Origin: Hemiscyllium ocellatum
Lineage: Eukaryota
Assembly: GCF_020745735.1 (NCBI RefSeq)
Contig: NW_026867509.1
Coordinates: forward strand, 1,240,001-1,304,000
Length of the DNA stretch: 64,000 bases
Reading direction: 5' to 3'
Shown: piece by piece, positions 1 to 13,789 of the stretch
How positions within the stretch are numbered: position 1 is the stretch's first letter
Layout: each line of letters starts with the position of its first letter
Translations under genes and position numbers: made by a program
Notes under the pieces: generated by a model
What the model saw: only the letters and a program-made list of their open reading frames with translations
What the model was told of the DNA's origin: nothing
The model's database searches: none

Positions 1-59
1 GCTTCAACAGGATCCCAGCGTAGCCTAACGAAGCTGAAATTCAGATTGGTATAGAGAAG

Positions 60-2400
60 CAGGAAGCAGTTAGACTGACAGAATCCCATGCTAGATAATG
101 TATTTGGTTGGTCATTGAGCCAGATTGTTCACATCGCCTCAGTATTTTTTATACCTCCTGAACAAATATACCACAAAGAACTGTATTATGTTAGCGAACT
201 ATGCCACTATAGTTAATTGACTAGCATTTCAAAGGAATATATTCTCCGTTCTCGATATAGTGAGCAACTTCTGGTCCGTACCTATGGAAAAGGAACCCCA
301 CAATAAGCTGGCATTCGCTGTTTGAGTATGCAATTCAGTGACCTGGTAATATCAGGAATTCCACAATAGTGTAGCCATACTTGATCGATGTATGGCTGAT
401 ATTGTTAATCCAGTTTACCTGACTGACACTGATTTTTTTTTTATCTTTCAGTATGCAGATGACATCCTGACAGACACAGTTGGTGAAAAATTCAGTACAG
501 TAACCAGTGAAGTCAGACAGGCAAGGCGTCAAATTACTCCATGCAAAGTACAATTGCGAATACAGGAAGTAACATATAGGTAGTTGGGACATCAATTTAG
601 TCAGGGGCAAAAATAATCCCAGCAGGGTGCAATACAAAAATTATTGTATACGCACTCTGTGAACGATGTAAGGCAAAATTTAGGATTGTTTATTTATTCT
701 AGGAATTTTGTGGAGAATTAATCAGAATCGACAGATCACTCATAAGCCCTGGTAAGGGATGGAAATGTTGGACTGTCAAGGTAAAGAGCAGAGTGTGACC
801 TTAAAAGGAGATAACCTTTGCTCGGTGACAGCAAGCCTTTGACCTAGAGTTAGTATTATCAGGTTGCCAAAAAGCTTTTTCAGATTTGTTTTTGTGATAA
901 TGAGAATGGAAACTAAACAGCAGTAAGTCAAGTGAGTGATGATATATGAGGTCGGTAGCATAGTATGCACACAATAGAGGAGTGATGTAGCCAGACTTTA
1001 CCGGTGTGCACAGGTCTGGATTGCGTTACATGAGCAATTTTAGGGTACTAACCCAATACTCTGATGAGACAAATGATGAAGCCTCATAATTATGTGATTA
1101 TATTTGAATCATGAAAAGTAAGGCAATGTCCCTGAAGATGAGCATATACAAATAGTCAATGATTTGTAAACTCAGTTCAGTAAATCCAGCAGCTTTCATG
1201 GTAGGGAATGAGATGGGAGGCCCGAGTTTGGGATAGGGCATGATAATATGTTGACCTGAGGTTGGAGAAGGTGCATCACCTCGTCTCATGGACAGCTCGA
1301 CGAACAGGTTGAAGAGTTGATGGAAGCAGCTAAATTGTTTAATAAACTAACTGGAATTAGGATTAGAGCTCAATGGAAGGTAGAAACACCGCAACAATGG
1401 GGTAATAAGTTTGCCAATAAGCCAGCTCAGACGTTTACAGAAACCGAACAGACATTTGTAAAACTGCCAGTCATAATTTTCACAAAAGCAAGAGAGGTAA
1501 GTTAAAAAAAAACTCTTCAAGAAACATCCACACAGAAAGAGAAAAATAAATGGGAAATAGCGTGGGGTAATGACACGGTAAGACAGAGTGTGTGTGATGA
1601 TGGATAAGGTAGTTTCACCACACTTTATATGAAATACGTTATTAAAACATGTCATTGCCTAGCCCACGTCGGGTTGGCTAAAATGCAATACTCGGTGACT
1701 CATTGTAGTTAATGGCCTGAAAGAGAGGAAGGAAAACATAACAATATTCCGTCAGAGATGCGCAGTCCACACTGCCTGAGCCAGATGGAACAATCAAAAT
1801 AAGATTGACCTACTAGCCAAGATCCATGGATGTACTGGAACAATAACACATGGATATTACGCGAACCATATCCCAATCTCAGAGAAGAAGGGCTTATACC
1901 CGAAACGTCGAATCTCCTGCTCCTTGAATGCTGCCTGACCTGATGCGCTATTCCAGCAACACATTTTCAGCTTAGTAAATTGTCACCAAGGAAATAATCA
2001 CTGATCAAGCTTTGAACACATGACCAGTCAAAATCTTTAATTTGTGTTTTGTGGCATGTGACAAGTGTATGTAACCTATTTCATCAATGAACAACCAGTC
2101 ATCCTTGCAGAAACCCCTGATTAGAACATTGTGCTGTTTCCTCAAATAAACTAGCTATACCCAGAAGGGTTCAAAGCAGGGCAAGTTAAACGGGCAGAAT
2201 ATTTCAAATTGCATCCCGGGGCAGAGCATTATTAATACTGTGCAGAGCTTATACAAACCGATGTGACAAGAATTGATGGATCTCACCATCCAGCGAACTG
2301 ACATGCACTTAGAAGTGTCAAAGTACTTGGCAATGGAAGTGCCATCAATTCCGCGTGTGACTACAGACAGGGGAAAGATTGGGAAAAGTGCTGAAGAAGT
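60..2400 (+). mobile_element. Decayed endogenous retrovirus pol (RT-tether-integrase), spuma/loki-like; 5' part lies outside the window
   Basis: Across frameshifts the sequence reads WLVIEPDCSHRL..(L)NKYT (~106-170), FSVLDIVSNFWSVP (242-283), QEFHNS, QYADDIL (449-469), VNPAAF (~1180), the integrase His motif CHCLAHVG (~1650), EIITDQ (~1990) and AE..IRTL (~2107-2131). Confidence 0.85.
1886..1972 (+). mobile_element. Penelope-type 3' repeat fragment inserted into the retroviral integrase
   Basis: GAAGGGCTTATACCCGAAACGTCGAATC...GCTGCCTGACCTG matches the tail of the Penelope element at 24220-24309; the hammerhead core is broken. Confidence 0.8.
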
Positions 2401-2729
2401 CATTCATCAATAGTCTGAACATACAAACGAGATTAAAACTCATACAGTTGACAGCGTGTTATAACAATCGAACTGGATCCGTCAGGTTTTGGTTTGGGGA
2501 ACTAAATACCTAAATACACCCGTGGATCCTGATCATATCTCATGCACAAGTAGTTGTCAAATTATTTGTATTGATTGCGTTAATAATACCAGTACAAGCA
2601 ATTATACTCCATATAAATAAACGATAACATGAGAAAATGAGAGAACTGAAGGATTCACCCATTACCCACGGCAGCAGGATAGTGTGTATATACTGCATAT
2701 TTTATAGGTTTGCTTGGTGTTTAAGTCAA

Positions 2730-3481
2730 CTGTCATGAGGATGGAGGGCGGGTTTTCGCAGCTCATAAATAAGTTGACAAGATAGTCGCTTCGGGCTTTT
2801 TCAGCTGACACTACCTGGCCAAAAGTTTTAACAGTTCAAACCAGCAAATGTTCAAAGCTGGACGTGTGGTCTTCATTTAGATATACAGGGTTTTATGCAC
2901 CAGGTCAGACCCCACTAAATCTTTCAATTAGATAGACCTGCCCCTAATTTTGCTGGTTGATTTAAGCAGGTATGAAGTGAGCATTCCAGGAGTGATGCAG
3001 CTGGCCCAACCACTTTGGTTTAAACAAAACAGATTTTTTTTTTACAAGATTACTGAATGTAACACAAACAAAAGAGAACAGAATGTGTAGAATATCTTAA
3101 CCTCTGTGAACACAACTTAATGATGCTGTGCCTATTACTTGCAACCATCCCCAGAAACATTCCTTGGAACAAAAGGTAAAATCAAATCCAGTTTCTTGCA
3201 GGACAGATGGCAAAGAAAGGGGAGATCAGCCTGAACCCGTTTATTTCAGTCCAGCAGCAACATATCAACTTACTGCTAAAAGCAAACCAGACGAGATTAT
3301 ATCTAAGCTGGGAGAACAGGCCACTCCACTTTATTTTCAACTGTTCTTTCTTGTAAAACTTAAAAGCCTTTTGTCTGAGGCACGATCCAATAGATATGAT
3401 CAAGTGGCCCTAAATCCCTTCAAACCTCGACCTCCAAAACTCTGTGTTTATGAACGTTCTGAAAACAAAACAAGCACAACA
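2730..3481. mobile_element. Solo-LTR-like interspersed repeat, copy 1
   Basis: Reverse-complement similarity to 15810-16358 (e.g. attccaggagtgatgcagctg vs cagctgcgtcactcctggaat); TG...CA-type ends; boundaries approximate. Confidence 0.55.
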
Positions 3482-6104
3482 TGACTTTCTGAAAAGAGCA
3501 GCATCATCACAAGTGTAAGATGACATTCTCCGCAGGAACAAACATGAGGGAAGTTAATCAGATTTTAGTAAGAAATACATTTCTAAATAGAAAAACACAC
3601 GAATAAATGCCATCTTGTAAGTCCTATTTTGGCTGCAGTCCCAAGTTTGTCATTCAGTGAAACGCGTACGTAAAGGTTTGATGCGACAATATTCTGAATT
3701 GTTTAGCCCAATCTAAAATTGCAAAGGCAAAGAACAACTCTCTATGAAAGGTTAGTTGCATTCTCTGACCAAATGTTCAGACACAATAAAGAGTCATTAT
3801 AGAAAAAGATAACGTTATTGACAGCGTAAACATGAAGCAACGAAAAGACCATTCTCCCAGGAGGGGGCAGAGTAGATTCATAAAAAGAAAGAAGATAAAT
3901 AAATTAAACTTATGCGTAGATGGAGCTAATTCGAACAAGTTATTTCATCCAAAGATCAAGGAAAACTGACAAAGACAGATTACAAACTATAGTGTGAAGA
4001 AACGGTTGTCCATGAGTTATTTGTGAAATTTCAGCACGTTTCATTTAATATCTTGATAACGTTATAAGTGGTAGAATTTCACTCTTATTAGAGGAATTTG
4101 AATATATATTTTTATTAAGAAAAGATAATTAGCAATCGGAAGTGTTTAAAGTGTAAATAGTAAAGAAGCATTTAAAATTACCATTTCGGTTAAAAATCGC
4201 ATTCAGCATCGAAACAAATTGGATCATAAACCACAATTGCAAGTCTGAGGTTGGAATCAGACAAAGGCGATTCTTAATTTGTCAGTCGTGTCACAATAAC
4301 TTCATATTAGAGTTGATTTTACTGAAGTTATAATTACTAATAAGAATAACATCCTTCCTAACCTGGTATTGTAAAACTTTTGCAGGAAGTGTAAGAGTTC
4401 TTACTGAAAATTTATGTTATCCATAAATATTGTGATACAGCTGGTAAATGTCTAAAGAGGAAGAAAACTTTCAGAAGATTTGTAGGATCCCATAGACAGA
4501 TGGTGGAGGTTTCTGGATGTGGCTAACAATGATATCGACTTTGCATGTAATTAAAATAATGCAAAGACTATAAAAACCATACATTTCTTTGGGCAACTCA
4601 GGGTGTCAAAGACCTTAGGATCTGAGCTATTTCTAAGCGGGTCTCACTGGAAAACCAGTTTAGGATTGATCTCTGGCCTCTCCCATGCATGTGGTAATGT
4701 AGCTCTGAATAAAAATTGTTTGTTCTACAGAACACATGATTTAAGATTGATCCTCGATATTACTGGATGTAATAGCAGAGATGGAAAATAGCAATTTTCC
4801 CTCGAAGAGAGATAATACATCAGGGCACACGATCAAAAAAGAATCCTTGCAGTTTTATATCACTTTACAGCACAAACTGAATCCAAAACTATTGACAGCT
4901 CATGGAGCACCTTTGAAACCGATTTGAACTAAAACAACCACAATTAGCAATATTTCTCACGACGCAGATTTACTTTGACCCACTGAGCTTTCCCAGCATT
5001 TTCTGTTTGTGAATCAGACTGAGAGATGTCTGGCCCGTTCTCCTCTCTCGGGGGCTGGGCATTGATTTCCAAAGTATAAATGTCAGAACGTTTGTGTTAC
5101 GCATGAGATTTCACAATTTGATCTCACGAGGAAACTCTTGTTTAAGTTATTCTCGATGAAATGACCAACTACCAGAAAATTCACTGGGGTCGTGTGGAGG
5201 CTGCCGACAAACCTCTCGGGGCAATGGTTAAAATTTCGAAATAAGAACCTTATTGCACATTGTAACGTTCGTGAGCGACAATTCCGATACTTCATGTGTA
5301 TTAAGAACTGCACTCAGTTTTCCTACGCATTAACACACCACAATTTAAAGTTCAAAATATTTTATTCAAAACTGACGCAATCCAATTGGCTCGTATCACT
5401 GCTCTTTGTATGGGGCAAGAACTCAATTTTTCACCCATCGAGGCTTTGGGAAATTCATATCCAGCTGAAAATGATCTGTTCTCTTCTGAATTATCCTCAA
5501 ATCAGTCGAGGTCCAGAGCATGTAATCACAGAGTAAGCGTTTTCTTTTAAGGCAAATTGTCAAGATCGATTTTTTCTCTTTCTTCAGGATCGTGTATCTG
5601 TAGTGACTTTATTGCAGTGAACTCTAAAAGTTGAGCAGTTAAATATATTCAAGGTAAAAGAGGATTAGTCAGTAAGGAAATACTAGGGTTATGGGGAAAG
5701 GCAGAAATGTTGAGTTGTGAATTATGAGATCATCCTGAATCTCATTGCATAGTGGAGTAGACTCGGTGGGCGAAGTGGCTTAACCTGTTTATGTCCTTTC
5801 TGTTCATTCACTGCAGGAAACATAGTCTCTGCCCTGCTCGTGGTGGAACCGTCCTTATGTAACTAATACAGTTCAGTTTTCAGTTAACTCTAATCCCAGG
5901 ATGTTGATATTGCTGAATCTGACGAGAACTTGTATTTTTTGCCAATTTATTGCTCTTGACACCATTTGACTCGGTTAGGAAATCCACTTCACTGTTCAGA
6001 GTTAATGAATTTGCTGAGACTTTGTAGCTCTCCTAGCCTGATCAGATATGAATAGCAAATTTCCTTTGTTACAGGCTAAGGAAACTATGTTTTTTATTTT
6101 TGAT

Positions 6105-6450
6105 TCATAGAATCATCGAATCCCTACAGCATGGAAACAAGCCTTTTTAACACAACAAGTTCACAAGCCTGAAGATCAACTAATCGAGATCCATTTCCCC
6201 TACCCTATATTTGCCCCTGAATAATGCACCTAACCTACACATCCATGAACCATCTGGCCAACTTAGCATAGACAATTCTCCTAACCTGCATTTCTTTCGA
6301 ACTGTGGGAGAAAATCAGTGCACCAGGAGGAAATTCAGGCAGACTCAGGGAGAATGTGAAAACTCTACACAGACAGTCGCCCGAGGTTAGAATCAATAAC
6401 GGAACCGGATCCTCCACTGAGGTAACAGTGCCATCATTGAACCATTGCTC
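6105..6450 (-). mobile_element. Degenerate HE1/V-SINE
   Basis: Reverse complement resembles the intact SINEs at 30397 and 54257. Confidence 0.75.
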
Positions 6451-6539
6451 TTGACAATTTTGTCTCAAACGCAAATGCTGGTCCTCACCTACCCTTCCAT
6501 AACATGTATAGTTAGTTCTGAATTCTAAAGCATTACATT

Positions 6540-9420
6540 GAACATGGAACATCGAACTTAGAAAATGGAATAGGACAGCACAGTAGAGGCCGTTCGGCCC
6601 TCGAGTTGTCCCTGACTTTAATCCTTATCTAAGATCAGCCTAACGTATTTTCCATGAGCCGATCCCAGAGTTGCTGAAATGCCCCTAACGTATCTGCCAC
6701 CACTACCACTGCTGACAGTGCATTCCATGCACCCAGCACTCTCTGTTTAAAGAACCTACATCTGACATGTCCCCTAAAAGTTCCACCAATCACTTTAAAA
6801 TTATGCTCGTTATAGCCAGAACCGACTGCGGAAAGGTCAACGCCCATCCACTCTATCTATGCCTCTCATCATCTTGTACACCTCATTCCAAGTCAGATCT
6901 CATGCTTCCTTGCTCAAATAAGAAAAGTCCCAGCTCCTTCAACGTTTCTTCGTAAGACACATCCTCCAGTGCACACAGAATTCTGGTATGTTTCCTCCGC
7001 ACACTCTCAAAAGTTTCTACATTATTCCTACAGTGAGGCGATCAGAACAGAACGCAATGTTCCAAGTGTGGTCTCGCTAGTGCTGTATTAGCTGCAGCAT
7101 AACCTCGTGGCTCTTAAACAGAATCCCCCGCTAATGAAAGCCAAACACACCATACTAGTTCTCGAAAACGCTATTAACCTGTGTGGAGAATTTGAAGAAT
7201 GTACGGACCTGGACCTCAACATCCCCCTTTACCTCTACACTGCCAAGGATCCAGCCTTAAAACTTGTATTTTTCATTCAAATTCGACCTTCCAAAGTGGA
7301 TCACTTCACACTTTTCCTGTCTGAATTACACTGCCAATTATCAGCCCAGTTCTGCATCCTGTCAATGTCGCGTTGCAAACTACAAACAGCTCTCCACATA
7401 TATACCACTGCACCAAACTTCGGGAAATCTGCAAACTTACTAGGACACGCTTCCACTTCCTTGGCCAAGTGATTGCAGGGGCGTTAATGACCTAGTGGTG
7501 TCATCTCAGTACTCTTAGTCCAGATACCCAGATAATGTTGTTGAGACCCACATTCAAATCTAGCCACAACACATGGTGAAATTTGATTTCAACAAACATC
7601 TGGAATTAACAGGCTGAGATGGTCAACAATACATTGTCGGTTGTTAGGAAAAAAACCCATCTGGTCCACTAATGCCATTCTGGGAAGGATATTACCTGCC
7701 ATCCTTACCTGGTTGACTCTTAACTGCCCGCTGGAATGGGCAATAAATGTCGGTTATCCAGTGACGTCCTCAGCCCATGAGTGAGTAAAGAAAGTATAAA
7801 GATAAGGTCGAGCAGAGATCCGAGAAACGATCCCTGCAGAACACCACAGGTCGCCAAAATTGAGCCTCGAAGCCTTCCATATACAACCAAAGTATGTCTT
7901 CTATGAGGCAGTCAATTCTGTATCCAGATTTCCCTGTACTCCCTTACTTTCTGAATGAGCCTACCATGGGAAGCATTATCAAACGCATTGCTCAATTACT
8001 TGTATATCACATCCAATGCTCTACCTTCATCAATATGCTTTGTTGCATGCTAAAAGAACTCAAGAATGTGTAGCATGACGTGCCCCACATAAGGCCATGA
8101 TGACTAACTTTACTCAAACTAGGGTTTTCCATGTAATGATGGATCCTTTCTCTCAATGCCTTCCCCGCCTCAGACGTGTGACTGACTGCTCCAGAATTCT
8201 CACGATTATCTCAATTCCATTTCTTTAAGAGAACAATATTTGCCACCCTCCAATCATCGAGAATTACTCCATTGTACCCTAAGATTGCAAAGATCATCAG
8301 CAAAGATACAGAAATCTTTTCCCTCGTGTCCTATAGAAACATAAAGTATATCCTTTCTGGCCCAGAGGAATTATCCATCCTCATGAATTCCAAAATCTTA
8401 TCACATCCTTTGTCTTAACACTAACATGTTCGCTCAAATCAGTTTGTTTCACGCCGTCCTCAGAAACGTCAACGTTCCTTCCAGCAGTGACTTTGAGGCA
8501 AAGTACACTTATAAAGTGCCTTCCCTACCTCCTCCGACTCCAGGCACAGTTCCCTAACCCTCATTATCCCTGATTGGCCCTACCCTCACACTGGTCATCA
8601 TCGTGTTCCTCGGAAAATTGTCAAATGCCTTTGTGTTTTCCTTCATCCTATCTGTGAAAGCTTTTCCATGCCCTTTTCTAGCTCTCCACAGTTCATTGTT
8701 TCAATTCCTTCCTGACTACCTTACAACCTTCTCGAGCCCTATCTGATTCTTGCCTCCTCAACAGTAAATTAGCTTTTTTCTTCTTCATGGCTAGATGTTG
8801 CACATTCTTTGTCACGCAAGGTTCTTCCAACTTGTCAATCCTTCCTTGCATGCTTGGGAGAAACCTATCAACAGCTATCAGCAATTGCGCCATAAACAAT
8901 CTCTCCATTTCTGTCATGCGTTTCTCTGAGAACATCTGTTCCCAATTTAGGCGACCTAGTTCCTGCTGAATAACATTCTAATCTCCCCTTCCCCAACTAA
9001 ATACTTTCCCGTACTTCTCGTCCCGTACATTTCCATGAACATTGAAAGGTGAGGGAGTTATGATTACTTTCGCTCAAACGCTCTGTCAGCTGGTATGATT
9101 CGTTGCCAAGCACAAGTCTGATATAAAACGGCATCCCCTCTGGTCAGTCTATCTATATGCTGAGGCAGGAACCTTTCTGAACACGGCTGATAAACGAAAA
9201 CTGCTTCACCCAAACTATTTGAATTAACTAATCAGCATTCGGTAAGTTAAAGTCATCCAGGGCAACAAGCCTGGTACTTCCACAACTTTCCAAAATCCGC
9301 CTCCTAATCTGCACCTCAGTGTCTCTGTAGCGATTGAATGGCCTATAGAAAACTCCCAATAAAGTGACTGCTCCTTTACTGTTCCTGACTTACTACTATG
9401 TTGAGGAGGCAAGGGTTAGT
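6540..9420 (-). mobile_element. Decayed CR1 LINE (endonuclease to 3' tail), interrupted by a SINE
   Basis: Minus-strand CR1 3' tail at ~6540-6620, RT remnants (RCRFFKQRVLGAWNAL) and an APE GDFN-type remnant at ~9250. Confidence 0.8.
7478..7790 (+). mobile_element. tRNA-derived SINE, DeuSINE/SacSINE1-like
   Basis: A-box-like (ctagtgg) and B-box-like (attcaaatc) head, and a central AAAAACCCATCTGGTCCACTAATG...GGGAAGGA...CTGCCATCCTTACCTGG block. Confidence 0.55.
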
Positions 9421-9883
9421 CTGCGACAATGGATTGCTAATTCAGTATGATGAAAGGCTCCCCCTAAATGTCGATGAAATGAAAGCAATAAAAACAAAGG
9501 GATTAAGCAAAGATAAATGAACTGCTCTGAACACATGAAGGCAGGAAATAATGGAGGACTTGTAATTTAGTTCAGTGCTTGCTATCAGCCGCTCTAATCG
9601 ATGTTGAAAACAAAAGGATTCGTTCGTGGATAAAGGGGGCATCATATAGTACAGAACCAGCTGTTCAACCACATGATTACTCGATTCGTCTAATTCGTTA
9701 ATATTACAAATAGAAATCAGGTAACTGTTACATCATCTGTTTCTTCAGTGAAGTGTGAGTAAGGTTCACGTTCTAATTTAGTCGTTCCTCTGGAGACTGT
9801 CAGCAGAAGCAAATGAGGAAAGCTTTGGAAGTGTGACAGAGCAAAGGCACAGAGCCTCAGGAATTCAATTATTTCCAAAAGAC

Positions 9884-12647
9884 AAGCACAGTGCAGCGAT
9901 TGGCCCAGTCTTTGCCATTTTGTATCCCATTCTCACTGTTATTGGTATACCTGGTGAGTCATGATATCATCAAGTTAATTACTGTTTTGAGATTCTCCAG
10001 TAATTTTGTCTCATCCTTTTCAGAATCTGACTCGTTTCCATTTTTGCTATTCAGTGCTGCTTAAATTTCACCTGACACAAACTATATTACACATAACGTG
10101 ATAATAAAACTTGCAAAGCATACAGTGGCAATTGTATTTGTGTTATGCGGCAAAATAATATATTATTCAAATTTGCTATACTCAACATTTAGAGAAACAC
10201 CTCTCATTTGATTTGTGAAATTCATGGCATTGCCTGAACATGAAAAATGGGCATTATCGAGCATTAGCATTTAATGAAATGCTATAAAATAAAATCTACC
10301 CTAATTAGTATTGTTCCAATTCGTAGTGTATTATAGTGCAATAAAGTATTGAGCACTAGCATTTAATAAAATGCTATAAAATAAAATCTACCTTAGTTAG
10401 TATTGTTCCAATTCGTAGTGTATTATAGTGTGATAAAGTATTGAGCACTTGCATTTAATAAAATGCTATAAAATAAAATCTACCTGAGTTAGCATTGTTC
10501 CATTTCGTAGTGTATTATAGTGTGATAAAGTGTGTCACCATCTTTGACAGCTGCATGTGAAAATGAATGACTACATTTATTTCATGAATTGTAACATGCA
10601 ATATTTTTGATTGGAAAATGATTTTCACACCTCTGGAATAATGCAATTCTTAGAGCATGTTATAGTATAGTGAACGCTGGTTGGGCATTCCCCCTCTTGT
10701 CGTGCTTTTAGGAATTACTTATGAAAACATGTGAAAGAGGCAAGTCAAGATGAACCATTTTGAACTTATTGTGTACTTTCTTTTGATTTGCTGGTAAGTA
10801 TTATACATTTGGTCTTTATTGTAGGAAAGCTACATGCATTTTAGTCTTTAGTAGAACAGGAATATCATTGTCACAGTGAACCTACCCTGTTTACCTAGAG
10901 AGTCCTGAAGCAGTAGCACATCAACTTCTGTTTCTGTCTTCACAGAAAACGTGGGTCCCCTAAGGTGTTCCAGCAGTTTCTGTTTGTATTAAAGTTCCTG
11001 TCTCTCATATTCGTCTCACAAATTGGAGTTGAGCTTCTGTCTTCAACCAGTCTCCTAAACTTAGTGATGCAACTTTACAGGAGATTGAACAAAAAATCCA
11101 AAACTAAATAACACAAGGAGGTATTATGGCAGATAATCAGAAAAATACACTCAAAGAGTTCATTTAGAAGGAACACTTTAAAGAAGGAATGGAAGACATG
11201 CACAGTGAAGGGGCAATGTTTGAACATTCACGCCATCACCATCTGAATTTACACTCGTACTGTTTGATTCATTGAGATTACTTATGTGCATCCAGTTCGG
11301 AATTGAGTTCAGATGCTCTCTCCGACATTAGTAGAATGCTACAGGATGAGAATGGTGAGATTATAGGAATACTTGAAAATTCGAAGAATAAACTCGAAAC
11401 AGCTGAGAGCTTTTCGGATAGAAATCCAAGGTAGGTCAGTGAGCATCAATTTGATAGGCTTGATATGAATAGGGGAAGGGGAGGAAATTTTACAGGTGAG
11501 TTGAATTGGATAGTTCGCCACGGGAGCTGACACGATACACAGAACACGGATCTGAATGGGTTAGTAGTGCTGATTGGAGTAAGTCTGTTCTCAACAAATA
11601 TTTACTGCAGAATTTGATCTCCTACAGCTCTCACTGATTGTGGGTAATCGGAGTATAGAGATGGCAAATTGATGGATCAGGATTGCACAAACAGCTGGAA
11701 GGGACTCCTTTTTGGCTGCAGTCAGTTACAGCTCCTTGTCTTTCTGTCTGTCACGGCCAGCTTAGTCATGATCACAATCCTATCCCGAGGTCAGTGCAAT
11801 CTCTCCTGATGCATTTACTTCTACCTGATGACAATCACGGTGTCTGATTTCCTTGTCACCCACACGGCCATCATCTTCTAACGCATTTTCAGCATTTATT
11901 TCCGATACAGTATCCTGTCTACCACCCCTGCCAGTGCGCTCAGTGCAGTGTTGATCTATGTAAGCCGGGATGGCTCAGTCTGCCTGATAGCAGCCTTCAC
12001 ATTCGACCGTTTAGTGGCTATCTGCTGGCAGAGCTTGAAGGCTAGATGCTGCATGGAGAAAACTGCATCGCTGGTCATAGGAACAGTATGTGTCATGAGC
12101 TGTATCAAACATTTTCTGTAATTTATTTGCCAACCATTATTCGTTGTGGATGGAGTCCCCTGGTTCTGTGACATTAAGTCCATCTATTACACCCTGCCTG
12201 CTTAGCAGGCCTACCACTGACTGGACCGCATTTTAACGCCCATTCTCCCATTCTTCCGCATTTACTTAACTCAATGTTTTGACTGAACGACACAGCTTAG
12301 CAGCCAGCAAAGCCCGCAGGAGGTTCCGCGGCACCACGTACAGTGGAGACAAGGAAATGGCCAACTGTAAGAGATCAATTATCCTGCTTTTCGCTATCCC
12401 TCTGAGTTTCCATCTCCTGTTGGTGACGTATGTGGAAAACTTCATCCATGTGCGGGTTATAGGTAAGGGCTTGAACTACAATTTAAATTTCAAAGATGCA
12501 TATTACATTCTCCAAGAGGTGAACATTGTGCTTACTTTATTCAGTTCCTCCATTTACGTGTTCACCTATGTCCTATCCCTGAACCAGTTTCGTGACGAAG
12601 TAAAGAAAATGTTTGTACGCCCTTTCGCTATCCTGATCTATCATTAA
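9884..12647 (+). pseudogene. GPR139/142-like class A GPCR pseudogene, two exons (9884-9953; ~11757-12647)
   Basis: Exon 1 is 70 nt, like the intact paralog, and reads (K)HSAAIGPVFAILYPILTVIGIP with a GTGAGT donor; the start codon position is AAG. The exon 2 acceptor is mutated (CGG). Exon 2 reads ASLVMITILSRGQCNLS*CIYFYL..FTFDRLVAIC..PWFC with several stops and a frameshift. Confidence 0.9.
10259..10533. repeat. Tandem repeat, 3 x 92 bp
   Basis: Unit starts GAGCA(T/C)TAGCATTTAAT recur at 10259, 10351 and 10443. Confidence 0.95.
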
Positions 12648-12814
12648 ACCATGAAATACAATAAAATCTTTCATATTCTCTCCCATCCCGAGTCTCTCAG
12701 TGTGTATAACTCTGTATCACAGGAACATAGCCATAACAGTCGGCCATTCATCATCCTGAGTATATCCCGTCATGCCTTACAAGGCTCTGGTCAGACTACA
12801 TTTGGGGTATTGTG

Positions 12815-13330
12815 CGCATTTTTCAGTCCTCTATCTCAGAAACGATATATACTGAACCTGGCGTATGTTCAGAGGAAATTTACGAGAATGGTGCCAGGAA
12901 TGTACGCCATAACATATGAAGAAATTTGAGGATTCTGCTTTTTTATTGGATGCAGGTTAGAAGAATGAATTCGGATCTAACTGAAACATAGACAATACTG
13001 TATGCCCTGGATAGACTGGATTTTGGGAAGATGCTTCCATTGGTGACAAACACTTGGACCCGAGGGCATGGACTTACAGCAAAGGGAAGAACTCTTTGAA
13101 CGGAGAGAAGAAGAACATCTCAGAGGGCCGTGAATTTGTTTCGTCGCGGAAGGCTGTGGATGCAGGTCTTTGAGTATATTTAAGATGGAGATACATGACC
13201 TCTTGAATATCAAAGGAATTAAGGGTTACAAGTAGACAGTGAGAGAAAGGGTTTGAGCAACTTAAGAACCATAATTGAATGTCAAAACAGATTCAATGGG
13301 TTGAATGGCCTCATTTATGCTCCTATGTCT
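12815..13330 (+). mobile_element. CR1/L2 3' fragment
   Basis: VQRKFTRMVPGM-type RT C-terminal remnant followed by a LINE-like 3' end. Confidence 0.7.
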
Positions 13331-13789
13331 TATGGTCTTATGGATACCGTGTCTGGTGGGTAGACCGATTCATGTTACCAGCTTTTGGATCATATCCTTT
13401 AAAATATTCACTGAAAAACAATTTATCTAACTCAAATTTAGCACTAACAACTGACCTGGAATCAACTACCATTTGCGAAGTATGTTTCAAAGCTTAACTA
13501 CCTGTTGTGCGTCTAAAAGATCCCTGACATCTCTCCTGAATGGTTTGACTCTCATTCCAATTGGTAGGAACACCAACCAGTTGGTGACCAACCTCAGGTC
13601 AACATCCACCAAAAGTAGTTTCATTGGTGTGCTTTGCGAATCATAAGTTGCACAGAATATGCAGCAAACTTTTCAATGAATGGTTTCACGAAGTCCACCA
13701 ATTCAGTGTCACATCAGTATTTTCAGAACTGACTGAAGGAGATGGATTCTGCTTTTAGTCTAATCCAGGTTTGACAGCCTGACAATATT

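Noticed and set aside
47-64. WYREAG motif, a possible missing first half of the half-V
   Set aside because: Flanked by stops in that frame and embedded in the retroviral RT.
10259-10533. CRISPR-like periodicity
   Set aside because: Whole 92-bp units are repeated with no unique spacers, and the genome is vertebrate.
10750-10799. Leader-like exon MNHFELIVYFLLIC + GTAAGT
   Set aside because: Phase 2 rather than phase 1, and no V exon follows the downstream acceptors; at most a relic.
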